In this document: one piece after another, positions 18,641 to 27,729 of the stretch | Layout: each line of letters begins with the position of its first letter | Position numbering within the stretch: the stretch's first letter is position 1 | DNA from: Candidatus Kuenenia sp. | GTDB lineage: Bacteria; Planctomycetota; Planctomycetia; Planctomycetales; Planctomycetaceae | Direction: 5' to 3' | Assembly (NCBI GenBank): GCA_043737515.1 | Contig: JAYTAK010000387.1 | Coordinates: forward strand, 1-40,907 | Length of the DNA: 40,907 nucleotides | Position numbers and translations under genes: made by a program | The notes under the pieces: generated by a model | Told to the model about the DNA's origin: nothing | Database searches by the model: none | The model's input: only the letters and a program-made list of their open reading frames with translations

Positions 18641-18751
18641 TACTTGCTCAAAGTCGCGCAGCTCCTGGGGTGTGTTCAGGGTATTCTAACTGCTGCGGCA
18701 GTAATCGTTTGTGTGCATGCATTTCTGATTTAGATGTAAACAGGGCAGTCA

Positions 18752-19642
18752 ATGTCAGTTTCGCTGAAAATCCAACGATTGAGAGGGCTGATCTCACTGC
18801 AGCCCTCTCGCAATCCAGCGCTGCGAGTTACGCTGCGAAGCCTGAGCCAATTGCAGCGCCGCATCACTCGCGTAACCGATCTCTTGAGCCGTCGCGGAAA
18901 CCAGGATGAGGCGTTGCTGTGCAATTCGATCCCTAAGTCCGGCACAAATCTTGTGGTGCAGATTGTGAAGAGCTTTCCCGGTGTTCGGTTTTTCGACACG
19001 ATCATTCTGGATCGAGGAATCTGGCGATCAAACCAGTCAGATCAGCCCTATTTGATCAATGGGATTCGCAAGCTTCTGCCACGTGAATGCGCAGCCGCGC
19101 ACCTGCCGTATACGGCGGAACTCGCGGACGTCCTCCAGCAGCAGCGAACGCTGCATTTCTTCATAATTCGTGATCCTCGCGATATCCTCATTTCTGATCT
19201 GCACTTCGCCTCACGCATCGCCTACTGGCACCCGCTTTACAAAGACCTGAACAGGATGGCGAATGATGACGAGCGGCTCTATGCCCTGATCCGGGGGTTC
19301 GAATATGGAAATGGCAAAGTCCATCCGGATTTCGGAGTGCGAATGCGCAAATACCTCGGATGGATAGATGAACCTCGTACTTGTGTCGTAAAATTTGAAG
19401 ATCTCGTCGGCACGAATCCCGCATCCACACTGGAGCGTATGGATCTCTACTTTAAGGAACACGCGGGATGGGCAGGGCAATCTGATCCGGTCAAGACCAC
19501 AACGAGCGTTATCGACCCCGGTCGCAGCAAGACATTTCGCAAGGGACAGATTGGCGAGTGGCGCGAGCAGTTTTCTGAAGGACACCTGCATGCGTTCTCG
19601 GAAGTCGCGTCCGACCTGCTGCAGAAATTCCAGTACGAATAA
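18752..19642 (+). CDS. PAPS-dependent sulfotransferase (module A)
   Basis: 296-aa ORF. 5'-phosphosulfate-binding loop NSIPKSGTNLVV and 3'-phosphate-binding motif FFIIRDPRDILISD, at the spacing expected for the sulfotransferase fold. Confidence 0.7.
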   Translation: MSVSLKIQRLRGLISLQPSRNPALRVTLRSLSQLQRRITRVTDLLSRRGNQDEALLCNSIPKSGTNLVVQIVKSFPGVRFFDTIILDRGIWRSNQSDQPYLINGIRKLLPRECAAAHLPYTAELADVLQQQRTLHFFIIRDPRDILISDLHFASRIAYWHPLYKDLNRMANDDERLYALIRGFEYGNGKVHPDFGVRMRKYLGWIDEPRTCVVKFEDLVGTNPASTLERMDLYFKEHAGWAGQSDPVKTTTSVIDPGRSKTFRKGQIGEWREQFSEGHLHAFSEVASDLLQKFQYE

Positions 19643-19701
19643 CCACGGGGAACACCAGCCTCTCACGACTCGCAAATGACGCCAGGCCAGATATCAACAC
19701 T

Positions 19702-20457
19702 ATGTCAAAGACTTTTATTAACGAGTTGCATCCTGAAAGCAACATTGACGGATTTACGCAGGACAACGGGACGGTGAAATTCTATACTTTTGTTCGTGCT
19801 GCGATTCTGCGGACAAATGCGTCCGAGATCCTCGACTACGGAGCGGGCCGCGGCAAACTACTCACTGAAGATGTGGCTAAGATCTCACTTTTTCGCCGAC
19901 AACTGTGCGACTTGCGTGCGAACGGTGCCCGCGTCACCGCCTGTGACGTTGATCCGGTCGTCGCGACGCACCCGGCTTCTGACAAGCAAGTCCAAATTGA
20001 AGCGAATCAGCCACTTCCGTTTCTGGACAATCAATTTGACGTGATCGTGAGTGACTGGACGTTCGAGCACATTGATGATCCGGCATTTGCAGCGGCAGAA
20101 TTGACCCGCGTCCTCAAGCCCGGGGGATTTCTCTGCGCCCGCACTCCAAATGCGACTGGCTATATCAGACTCGGCTCCCAGATCGTGCCAAATCGGCTGC
20201 ACACTTTCGTGCTTAAAGGGGCTCAGCCCAATCGGCGCCAAGAGGACGTCTTTCCGACATTCTATCGAATGAATTCAGCACGCGCTTTGAACAGAATATT
20301 TCCGACATTTAACCATTACTATATCTATGATTGCGGAGATCCGGCCTACCATTTTGGAAGCCGGTGGCTATATCGTATCTTTCAGGTCATTCACTGGATG
20401 CTGCCGCCGGCGTTCGCTCCTGTATTGTACGTCTATATGCAAAAGCCCGCAACATAA
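19702..20457 (+). CDS. Class I SAM-dependent methyltransferase (Methyltransf_11-like)
   Basis: 251-aa ORF with motif I ILDYGAGRGKL, acidic loop, FDVIVSDWTFEHIDDP and LKPGGFLCARTPN. Confidence 0.7.
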   Translation: MSKTFINELHPESNIDGFTQDNGTVKFYTFVRAAILRTNASEILDYGAGRGKLLTEDVAKISLFRRQLCDLRANGARVTACDVDPVVATHPASDKQVQIEANQPLPFLDNQFDVIVSDWTFEHIDDPAFAAAELTRVLKPGGFLCARTPNATGYIRLGSQIVPNRLHTFVLKGAQPNRRQEDVFPTFYRMNSARALNRIFPTFNHYYIYDCGDPAYHFGSRWLYRIFQVIHWMLPPAFAPVLYVYMQKPAT

Positions 20458-20517
20458 CTTCTCAGATCTCACCCCCCATATCACACACGTTTATATGGAT
20501 AGCGACGGATTTAGATA

Positions 20518-21714
20518 ATGTACAAAAAACTGGCGATCCTGGCGACAGCACTCTACCCCTTTCTGTTTGCAGGCGCCACGATAATGAAACAGTCGTTCCC
20601 GATCATGACGGCGGCAGCGATATCTGGCGTTATTGCGGCAATACTGTCGGTTTTAGTCGGCGTTAGATCTGTTGATCGGGCGGGACTAACACGCACAATT
20701 GCTACTATTGTGATGTTGATTATACCGATCATTGCGAGTGTAATGCTAATGTCCGTGAAGCCGATTTCATCCGACCTTATAGTTGCACTTTCCTTTATTG
20801 TGGCCATTGTCACGACCGCAGTAATCGGAGTCCACCAAACCAGAGAAATGCACATTAGAGCAATGCAGTTATTGGCGATCGGATTTGCATTGCTCACTAC
20901 GGCATTTGCGGTCTCAGGGAAGACCTCAACACATGGGCGTCTCGCTGGCTTCGATGGAGAATTGCATCCGAACTATATCGGACTAATTGCACTCGTCTCG
21001 GGAAGTCTCGGCTTTCTGTTGCCCATGCGGCTGTCGTTGGTGATGCTGCTGATCAACACCTGGGTAATTATGCTGTGTTCATCGCGTGCTTCATTGGTTT
21101 CCCTGATCCTCTGTGGGATCGTGTATTCCGTCGTCCTGCGATTCAGGAGTGGACGGCTCACGAGCATTTCCGCGATGGATTGCATCAAGAGTTTGGCCGC
21201 AGTTGCAACCGTTGGCGTGGTTTTCTGGTACTATAAAGGTGGATTGGCAAAATTTTTCTTCGAAGACGTACTCGCTGTTAACGATCCCAATCGAGGCATT
21301 AGCTCAGGCGCGACAGGTCGGACCATCATCTGGGATACTCTTTATCGAGCGTGGCAGCGCAGTCCGTGGTTTGGAAACGGATATGGTGTGTTTTCGCGAA
21401 ATCTTGGCGGGCCATTGGATGGGGGATACTTTCTCACTCTCGCCGAAACTGGTGTGGTGGGGTTGGCTAGCATTATTTTGATGTGTTTTAGTTCGATCTA
21501 TTCTGTAATCGCCTGGCGCTCACGGTCTTCCAGATGGGATGTTGCGGAATGCGCATTTCTGATTGGGTTCCTGTTTTACAACCTTTTTGAATCTCGCCTC
21601 CAGGGCGGGGCAAATCCGTTTTCAATTTGCGCTTATCTCGTCTGTTTTAGTTTATTAAGTCGTCCGTGGGACGGCGGCGACCGTACTTTAGACGTGCGCT
21701 ATATTATTGAATAG
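20518..21714 (+). CDS. Wzy / O-antigen-ligase family membrane protein (Wzy_C-like) no. 1
   Basis: 398-aa polytopic ORF. SSRASLVSLILCGIVYSVVL followed by a loop GRTIIWDTLYRAWQRSPWFGNGYGVF (R…W…P-F-G-x-G pattern of the family). This is the most AT-rich gene sampled (24/60 GC in line 20701). Confidence 0.7.
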   Translation: MYKKLAILATALYPFLFAGATIMKQSFPIMTAAAISGVIAAILSVLVGVRSVDRAGLTRTIATIVMLIIPIIASVMLMSVKPISSDLIVALSFIVAIVTTAVIGVHQTREMHIRAMQLLAIGFALLTTAFAVSGKTSTHGRLAGFDGELHPNYIGLIALVSGSLGFLLPMRLSLVMLLINTWVIMLCSSRASLVSLILCGIVYSVVLRFRSGRLTSISAMDCIKSLAAVATVGVVFWYYKGGLAKFFFEDVLAVNDPNRGISSGATGRTIIWDTLYRAWQRSPWFGNGYGVFSRNLGGPLDGGYFLTLAETGVVGLASIILMCFSSIYSVIAWRSRSSRWDVAECAFLIGFLFYNLFESRLQGGANPFSICAYLVCFSLLSRPWDGGDRTLDVRYIIE

Positions 21715-22057
21715 TTTGCACTTGCAGGGGTCCGCCTCGGGTGGGGCTGGCATTTCGCCGTTTCATCCGGACGGAATACTCCACCGTTTTCGATTGTTTT
21801 TGGCCTAAACGCAATCTAGTTTTAAGGTCTTGGGGAGTCGAAATTAACTCGATGTCCTGTTGTTTTGGGGCAAAAATCATTAGGTTCCTGGAGGAATTGC
21901 CACTTTGGTCTTTCCTGTTTATCGCAGGCATCCCAGTTAAGCATGCGGTATTCGGCGGCCAGCCAGTCAGCCAGCCAGCCACGCCCGTCCGACCCGGAAT
22001 ACTCGGACTTCGTTTGATATACGTTTGCTATTCTATACTATTCGCAGAGAAGTCTGA

Positions 22058-22663
22058 ATGAAACTGCATCTTGGCTGCGGCCAAAGCCCCACTCCTGGTT
22101 GGCACAATACGGACATTTCGCCGAACATTTTGATAAGCCGGATTCCGTTCGCGGCCGAATTACTTGGCGCAATCGGTCGCATCCCGCCAGCACGCGTGGA
22201 GCAGCACCGCGACGGAGTCTTTAAGCAGATCCACCACCTTGATGTGACGAAGCGGTTTCCATTTCCCGACAATTACGCCGAGGCAGTGTTTTCTTCGCAC
22301 ATCATTGAGCATTTGACGGCCAAAGGTGCGAAGCACATGCTTTCAGAATGTCTGCGTGTGTTAAAGCCCGGCGGCATTTGCAGAATCGTCGCGCCGAGCC
22401 TTGAATGGGCGATGGAATTGTACGATCACGAACACCCTGAATCGTTTCTGAACGCTGTTTTTGAGGTTCGTGAGAATAATCCCCGCCATCGTCACTGGTG
22501 GATGTACACCTCCGAAAGCTTGCAGCGGACAATGCGTGAAACTGGATTTGCCGAGGTTGAGGCATGTCAATATCAGAAAGGTCGTCTGCCTGACTTGCAG
22601 GAAATTGACAATCGTCCGAAGAACAGCATCTATGTAGAGGGAACGAAAGCTTCACGCATTTAG
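22058..22663 (+). CDS. Class I SAM-dependent methyltransferase
   Basis: 201-aa ORF with MKLHLGCGQSPTPGWHNTD, FSSHIIEHLT and LKPGGICRIVAPS. Confidence 0.65.
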   Translation: MKLHLGCGQSPTPGWHNTDISPNILISRIPFAAELLGAIGRIPPARVEQHRDGVFKQIHHLDVTKRFPFPDNYAEAVFSSHIIEHLTAKGAKHMLSECLRVLKPGGICRIVAPSLEWAMELYDHEHPESFLNAVFEVRENNPRHRHWWMYTSESLQRTMRETGFAEVEACQYQKGRLPDLQEIDNRPKNSIYVEGTKASRI

Positions 22664-22784
22664 AAAAACACGGACGATTCAGCGGAACCCACCGGTTTCG
22701 ATCAGCACTATTGATTTGTAATGCGGGACTGTACTTTGGCCGAAACTCGCGGAGCAAGTCCGGCACGTATGAATACTCGCGGAC

Positions 22785-24056
22785 TCAGGTCCGAAAACTC
22801 AGGATTCTGCCGATCGCTTTCATTTGCAGAAGGAATACTGTCCTGCCTGATGGGATGAAAAAGTAAAATAAAGTTCCTCCGCATGTAAAGGAAATCAATG
22901 TAGAAATCGCGGCACCCCAGTATGAATACCGGGGAATCAGAAGAGCATTTAGTGCCGCATTGACTGCCAATCCTGTGATCGTTGAGAGCGTGTTGAGTTT
23001 TTGCAGTCGGTGCGAAATGAGGTATTTAGACGTAACAATACCGATGGTCACTGGAAACATACTGCACGCATGGATTCTAAAGATGCCCACGGCATCAAGA
23101 TATGCGGATCCGTAAAGCATGGGGATTACAATCGAGGCAGTCAGTACCGCGAGGATTATGACCAGTGTTGCCAATTGAAGCTGAGCAGTCATGGCTTTCC
23201 GCCAGAGGTCCAGATCCTCAAGTTCATTGCGGTTGGCGGTGTCTTTCACCAAACGCGGAAACATCACGTCCGCGATGACACCTGGGATCAGATAAAGCCC
23301 CTGGGAGAGTCTTGCTGCCGCGAGATAGGTCGCCACCGCAACCGGACCGTGGATTTGTTTCAGCATCAGACTATCCAGTCGCACGTAAAGTACCACGGCC
23401 AGCCCGGAAACCATCAATGGACTGGACTCTCGAAACAAGGCCATAAGAATTCGCGGGCGGATCACCCATTCGAAACGCGGCGGCTTGCAAAATCGCTTCG
23501 TCAATATGTACATGAGTGTCGAGTAAACCACAAAGCTAAGCGAATAGATCAGGACACACACCTCGGCCGGCATTTTTCTGTAGAGGGCGACGAGCATGAC
23601 ACCAGCCATGACGAAAAATGATCCGGCACGTGCGATTGCGGCCAGGCTGAATTTCTGTCGCGAAATTGACCACATTTCGAAAGGTTCACAAATGCGGAAC
23701 AAGTAGTTCAGGGAGAACAGCATTGTCAGCAGCGGGATGTGGCCGCCTCCGTCCAGCAACCACGAAAGTAAATAGGAAACAGGGCAGATCAGCAGCGAGG
23801 CAAAGAATTTTGCCTGAACAGCGGCCGAGAGCCATGAACTCGATTCCGAGTTTTCCCGAGAGAATTCACGGACCAGAATGCTGTGGGAACCGAATTCGAA
23901 GACCGGCAAAAAGAGCTGCGACATCGTCATCGCGTAGGCAACGTCACCGAATTCCTCCTTCTTCAGAATGCGGGCGAATAGTACGACAATCACAATTGCC
24001 TGACCCGCCCGCAAACCCTGCGACAGTCCCATTAGTGCGTAGGATTTTATATTCAT
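22785..24056 (-). CDS. wzx: Wzx-type (MOP superfamily) polysaccharide flippase, module A
   Basis: ORF 22785-24104(-). ATG at 24056 gives MNIKSYALMGLSQGLRAGQAIVIVVLFARIL. About 12 or more hydrophobic segments with a Polysacc_synt-like N-terminus. It is the only minus-strand gene inside the assembly region. Confidence 0.7.
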   Translation of the reverse strand: MNIKSYALMGLSQGLRAGQAIVIVVLFARILKKEEFGDVAYAMTMSQLFLPVFEFGSHSILVREFSRENSESSSWLSAAVQAKFFASLLICPVSYLLSWLLDGGGHIPLLTMLFSLNYLFRICEPFEMWSISRQKFSLAAIARAGSFFVMAGVMLVALYRKMPAEVCVLIYSLSFVVYSTLMYILTKRFCKPPRFEWVIRPRILMALFRESSPLMVSGLAVVLYVRLDSLMLKQIHGPVAVATYLAAARLSQGLYLIPGVIADVMFPRLVKDTANRNELEDLDLWRKAMTAQLQLATLVIILAVLTASIVIPMLYGSAYLDAVGIFRIHACSMFPVTIGIVTSKYLISHRLQKLNTLSTITGLAVNAALNALLIPRYSYWGAAISTLISFTCGGTLFYFFIPSGRTVFLLQMKAIGRILSFRT

Positions 24057-24568
24057 AATGAATTGAAGTCGTGCTTTGTTTTCAGGGGCAACCGGGCCGT
24101 GCAAAGATTAGCCTGCCCTGATGGCGCTTGGCAACGTGGTCCGCATGCATGTGAGTGTCTCTGGTTATGGTGAGTTGTGATCAAAGGCGATCCGGCATTG
24201 GGATGACTCCTCTCGTGACGAGCGGACCAGCGCCGTATCACGCGGGATGTTTTCGGGCTGGCCATGCGGTTCGACAACTTCGGGGTCCCCCCTCGATCCT
24301 CGGATGCTTCGGGACGAACCGTTTTCTTCCCCCTTAGAGGCCGTTTGCCGCGCCTTCAGATTTGCGATACGATTACCTGCTTCCGAAGTGAGGTGTTTTG
24401 CCATCGCCGTGACTCCATTCCAGAAGAATCAGCTTCAGCTACTGTTCCTGATAATTCCCGGCGTGGTCTGTCGCAAAGCCCGGTTTTTGCTCCCGTCTCA
24501 CAGTGATTTTCGTGCATTTCAGTTTGGGGACCGCCCAACACACTCGCCAGATGGTAAAGTTATCTTGA

Positions 24569-25798
24569 ATGAAGATTCTTGTCTATTCAATGCAATTCTG
24601 GCCCGAGCCGACTGGAATCGGCAAGTACTCCGGTGACATGGCGTTTTGGCTTGCCCGGAAAGGACATGAAGTTCGGGTAATCTGCTCGGCCCCATGGTAT
24701 CCGCACTGGAAGGTACAGGAACCCTATTCCGGGGCAAGATTTCAGGTGGAGCATGTCGATGGTTTGCGTATTAATCGATGCCCTGTCTGGGTTCCGGCTC
24801 GGCCAAATGGCTTGACTCGAATTATTTGTCTGGCCACTTTCGCGTTGACAAGTCTCAGCGCATCGTTTCGCGCGCTCATTTGGCGGCCAGATATCGTATT
24901 TAGTGTCGAACCGCCGTTTTTTTGTTTGCCTGCTGCATTGACGGTGGCAAAGTTGACAGGCGCGAAAGCATGGTTGCATATCCAGGATTTTGAAATAGAT
25001 GCGGCATTGCAACTCGGTCTCTTCCGGGTGCCTGGATGCGGTCGGTTGCTGCAATGGACTGAATCATTCCTGTTCCGCCGGTTTGACCGGTGTTCCACCA
25101 TTTCGGAAAAGATGCTGGAACTTTTGAAAAAGCGAAGCGGAAAGCCCGAAAAATGTCGGCTGTTCAGGAACTGGGTTGATCTGGAAGCCATTCATCGCCA
25201 GCACGTCCCATCATCCTTTAGAGTTCTCCTGGCGCTGAAGGATCACCAAAGAGTCGCGCTCTATGCAGGGAATATGGGAGAAAAGCAGGGTCTGGAAATC
25301 ATAATTCAGGCCGCCGACGCTTTGCAGACTCGGGATGATTTGGTATTCGTTCTTTGCGGAAACGGAGCTGCGGCAGATCGGATTCGGACGATGGGAAGTC
25401 AACTGCCAAATATCCGCTGGCTCCCAGTTCAACCCATTGAGCAATTGAATTCATTGTTGAACCTCGCTGATATCCATCTGCTTCCTCAGCGGGCAGGTGC
25501 CGCAGATCTGGTGATGCCGTCAAAGCTGACGGGTATGCTGGCCAGCGGGCGCCCCGTGATCGCCACCGCTTCTCCGGACACACAGATTTACGATGTGGTT
25601 TCAAAATGTGGTTTGACGATTCAACCTGGTAATCCGAACGAATTCGTCGCCGGAATACTGAAGCTTCTTGATGACAAAGATCTGCGAGAACGGCTGGGAT
25701 TACATGCTCGGAAAATAGCAGAATCCGAACTATGCATGGACGCGATCCTGGCGGGCTTAGAAGCGGGCATGCTGGAAACGTGCGGCACGACGCATTGA
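24569..25798 (+). CDS. GT4-family glycosyltransferase, WcaI-like
   Basis: 409-aa ORF. The N-terminus MKILVYSMQFWPEPTGIGKYSGDMAFWLARKGHEVRVICSAPWYPHWKV closely follows the WcaI-type pattern. C-terminal …VALYAGNMGEKQGLE…VFVLCGNGAA…. Confidence 0.8.
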   Translation: MKILVYSMQFWPEPTGIGKYSGDMAFWLARKGHEVRVICSAPWYPHWKVQEPYSGARFQVEHVDGLRINRCPVWVPARPNGLTRIICLATFALTSLSASFRALIWRPDIVFSVEPPFFCLPAALTVAKLTGAKAWLHIQDFEIDAALQLGLFRVPGCGRLLQWTESFLFRRFDRCSTISEKMLELLKKRSGKPEKCRLFRNWVDLEAIHRQHVPSSFRVLLALKDHQRVALYAGNMGEKQGLEIIIQAADALQTRDDLVFVLCGNGAAADRIRTMGSQLPNIRWLPVQPIEQLNSLLNLADIHLLPQRAGAADLVMPSKLTGMLASGRPVIATASPDTQIYDVVSKCGLTIQPGNPNEFVAGILKLLDDKDLRERLGLHARKIAESELCMDAILAGLEAGMLETCGTTH

Positions 25799-25894
25799 AG
25801 TAGTGTTTGTTTTGTCGTCCTTCCGTTCGGGCTCCGGGACACCGACTGGTACCAGTCTGCCGGAAGTCATTGAAGATTATTTGGAGCCTGGGAA

Positions 25895-27304
25895 ATGCCT
25901 GGAAATTCTGCGGGCTGGATGCTCTCGGTGATTCTGATTGTCACGGTCTGGATCTATCTGTTAATTCGCAAAGGTCCGGCAGCCGCGCTGGGTGCCGCGA
26001 TCGTGCTGAGTTTTGCCTTCCCGGTCTGGATCAAGACTGACATCGGTGGGCTGCCCATCAATATCCGCACTGCCGTCGCGTGTATCACGATGCTCGGGTA
26101 TGCATTGCATCCGCAAGGTAAGATACTTTCACCACTGACTTTGCTGGATGCCGCGATCGGGCTCATGTTTCTGACGCATGTGGCTGCCGATAGTCTCACG
26201 ACGGGCTTGACGCCGGTGCTGCCATTTCGGGCCTATGGGGAATGGGTGCTCCCTTTTGTCGCTGGCCGGTTCGCAGTCCGCCACCGTGACGATCGAAAAT
26301 GGGTTGCCGCCTGGGTTGTCGGCTTAATTCTGTTCCTGGGTGTAACATCCTGCATTGAATCCCTGACGAACGTGAATCCATTCGAGTTCGTATTTGGGAA
26401 TCGTCCAACGGAGTTGGCTAGTCGCAAGGCGATGAGATTTGGTTTTAAGCGGGCGTTCGGGCCAACGATGCATCCCATCTTCTTTGGCATGATGATTTCC
26501 GTCCTGATGCCGTGGCTGATTTGTCTGTGGCAATCATCTGAGTCGCGACGACTGCGTGGCCTGACGGTTATTGCGGGAGTCATCGCACTGGCTGGAACAG
26601 TCTTTACTGGTTCGCGAACGCCCGTGATTACGACTCTGGTCGCAGCCATCCTGGCTCTCGCTCTTCAGTTCAAAGCGTTCCGATGGCCATTGGGAGTTTC
26701 GCTTGTCATCGCCGTTTGTGGTGTTGCTGCATTTCCGAACGAAGTCACTGATGCGGTCAGTCGCTGGACCGGAGGCGGCGACAAACCGCGCTTGATTGAA
26801 ATCGATGGAAAGGCTGTCGTCACTTCCAGCAGCAGAAGTCGATTGCATGTCTTTGGAATCTACTCAGAGGCATTGGTCAAAGCCGGTCCATTTGGATACG
26901 GCACGCAGGCAACTACAGGATTTCCACTGCGAATTCCCGGAATGGAGGGCACGTTCAGATCCGCAAATCTGTTTAAGATGGTAGATAACGGATACATCCT
27001 CTTGACGCTGCGATTTGGCTGGTTGGGCGGCGCTTGCCTCTTGATCTTGTTCTTGACTGCGATCAGGACGGGGCTATCGCTGTATTGGGATCGCCCCGAT
27101 CAACTGTTTCCTGGAGCAGTTGCCTGCCTGCTGGTGGTTGTCGCAGGTTTTTCACTCTTGCTGGTGTTCATGAATTATGATTTTGGCCTGCCCTTGCTCT
27201 GGACGATCGGGATGCTGTCAGGACTGGCGTCTTCCAGGATTGAGGAGCGATCAGGACGTGGAACGGACCTGACAATGAAGCGAAAATCAGGCAGATGGCC
27301 ATAA
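25895..27304 (+). CDS. Wzy / O-antigen-ligase family membrane protein no. 2
   Basis: 469-aa polytopic ORF with GSRTPVITTLVAAILALAL and a downstream loop …SRSRLHVFGIYSEALVKAGPFGYGTQ. Confidence 0.65.
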   Translation: MPGNSAGWMLSVILIVTVWIYLLIRKGPAAALGAAIVLSFAFPVWIKTDIGGLPINIRTAVACITMLGYALHPQGKILSPLTLLDAAIGLMFLTHVAADSLTTGLTPVLPFRAYGEWVLPFVAGRFAVRHRDDRKWVAAWVVGLILFLGVTSCIESLTNVNPFEFVFGNRPTELASRKAMRFGFKRAFGPTMHPIFFGMMISVLMPWLICLWQSSESRRLRGLTVIAGVIALAGTVFTGSRTPVITTLVAAILALALQFKAFRWPLGVSLVIAVCGVAAFPNEVTDAVSRWTGGGDKPRLIEIDGKAVVTSSSRSRLHVFGIYSEALVKAGPFGYGTQATTGFPLRIPGMEGTFRSANLFKMVDNGYILLTLRFGWLGGACLLILFLTAIRTGLSLYWDRPDQLFPGAVACLLVVVAGFSLLLVFMNYDFGLPLLWTIGMLSGLASSRIEERSGRGTDLTMKRKSGRWP

Positions 27305-27729
27305 CCGTATGAACCCGCTTGCAGCGGCAAACCGCCACGATCAGCATGTCAGGAAGAATACCTGCAATCCACACGCCCACTATAAACGGCGTTGCCGGAA
27401 TACATGCTAAGAACGAAGACATGATTGCCACCGGCAACTGTTCCTGCCCATAAACTTTGGCGAGTTTTCCTACGTGAAATCACCTATCAACCTTTGACGT
27501 CTCGATTGTCCGACAAAGCGATGATGTCGAGGAAATTTCAACGCCGAAGACGAATGTGAATCTCTTCCCTGGATGCACACAGGAAGAGGCCGAAGCATAA
27601 AAGTGTGGCAATCCTGCTTTTTTTTTTGCAAAAAAACAGGCGGCAACAACCTGCCAACTGTCCGGATGGCATTCCGAGCGAGAAAAAATCGCTGATTGGA
27701 GCCGGATTTCTGTTCCTCCGAGATCAAGG

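Noticed and set aside
21715-22057. 106-aa and 92-aa ORFs filling the 343-bp gap after Wzy-like no. 1
   Set aside because: They overlap each other on opposite strands, have no motifs and have odd composition. I treat the region as non-coding (promoter/leader for the next methyltransferase) without positive evidence for any element.
27168-27437. 89-aa minus-strand ORF with a hydrophobic start (MSSFLACIPATPFIVGVWIAGIL…), possibly a remnant of a membrane-protein gene at the module junction
   Set aside because: Only about 40 codons lie outside the Wzy-like gene and the rest is antisense to it. It has no recognisable family motif and is too short to support.
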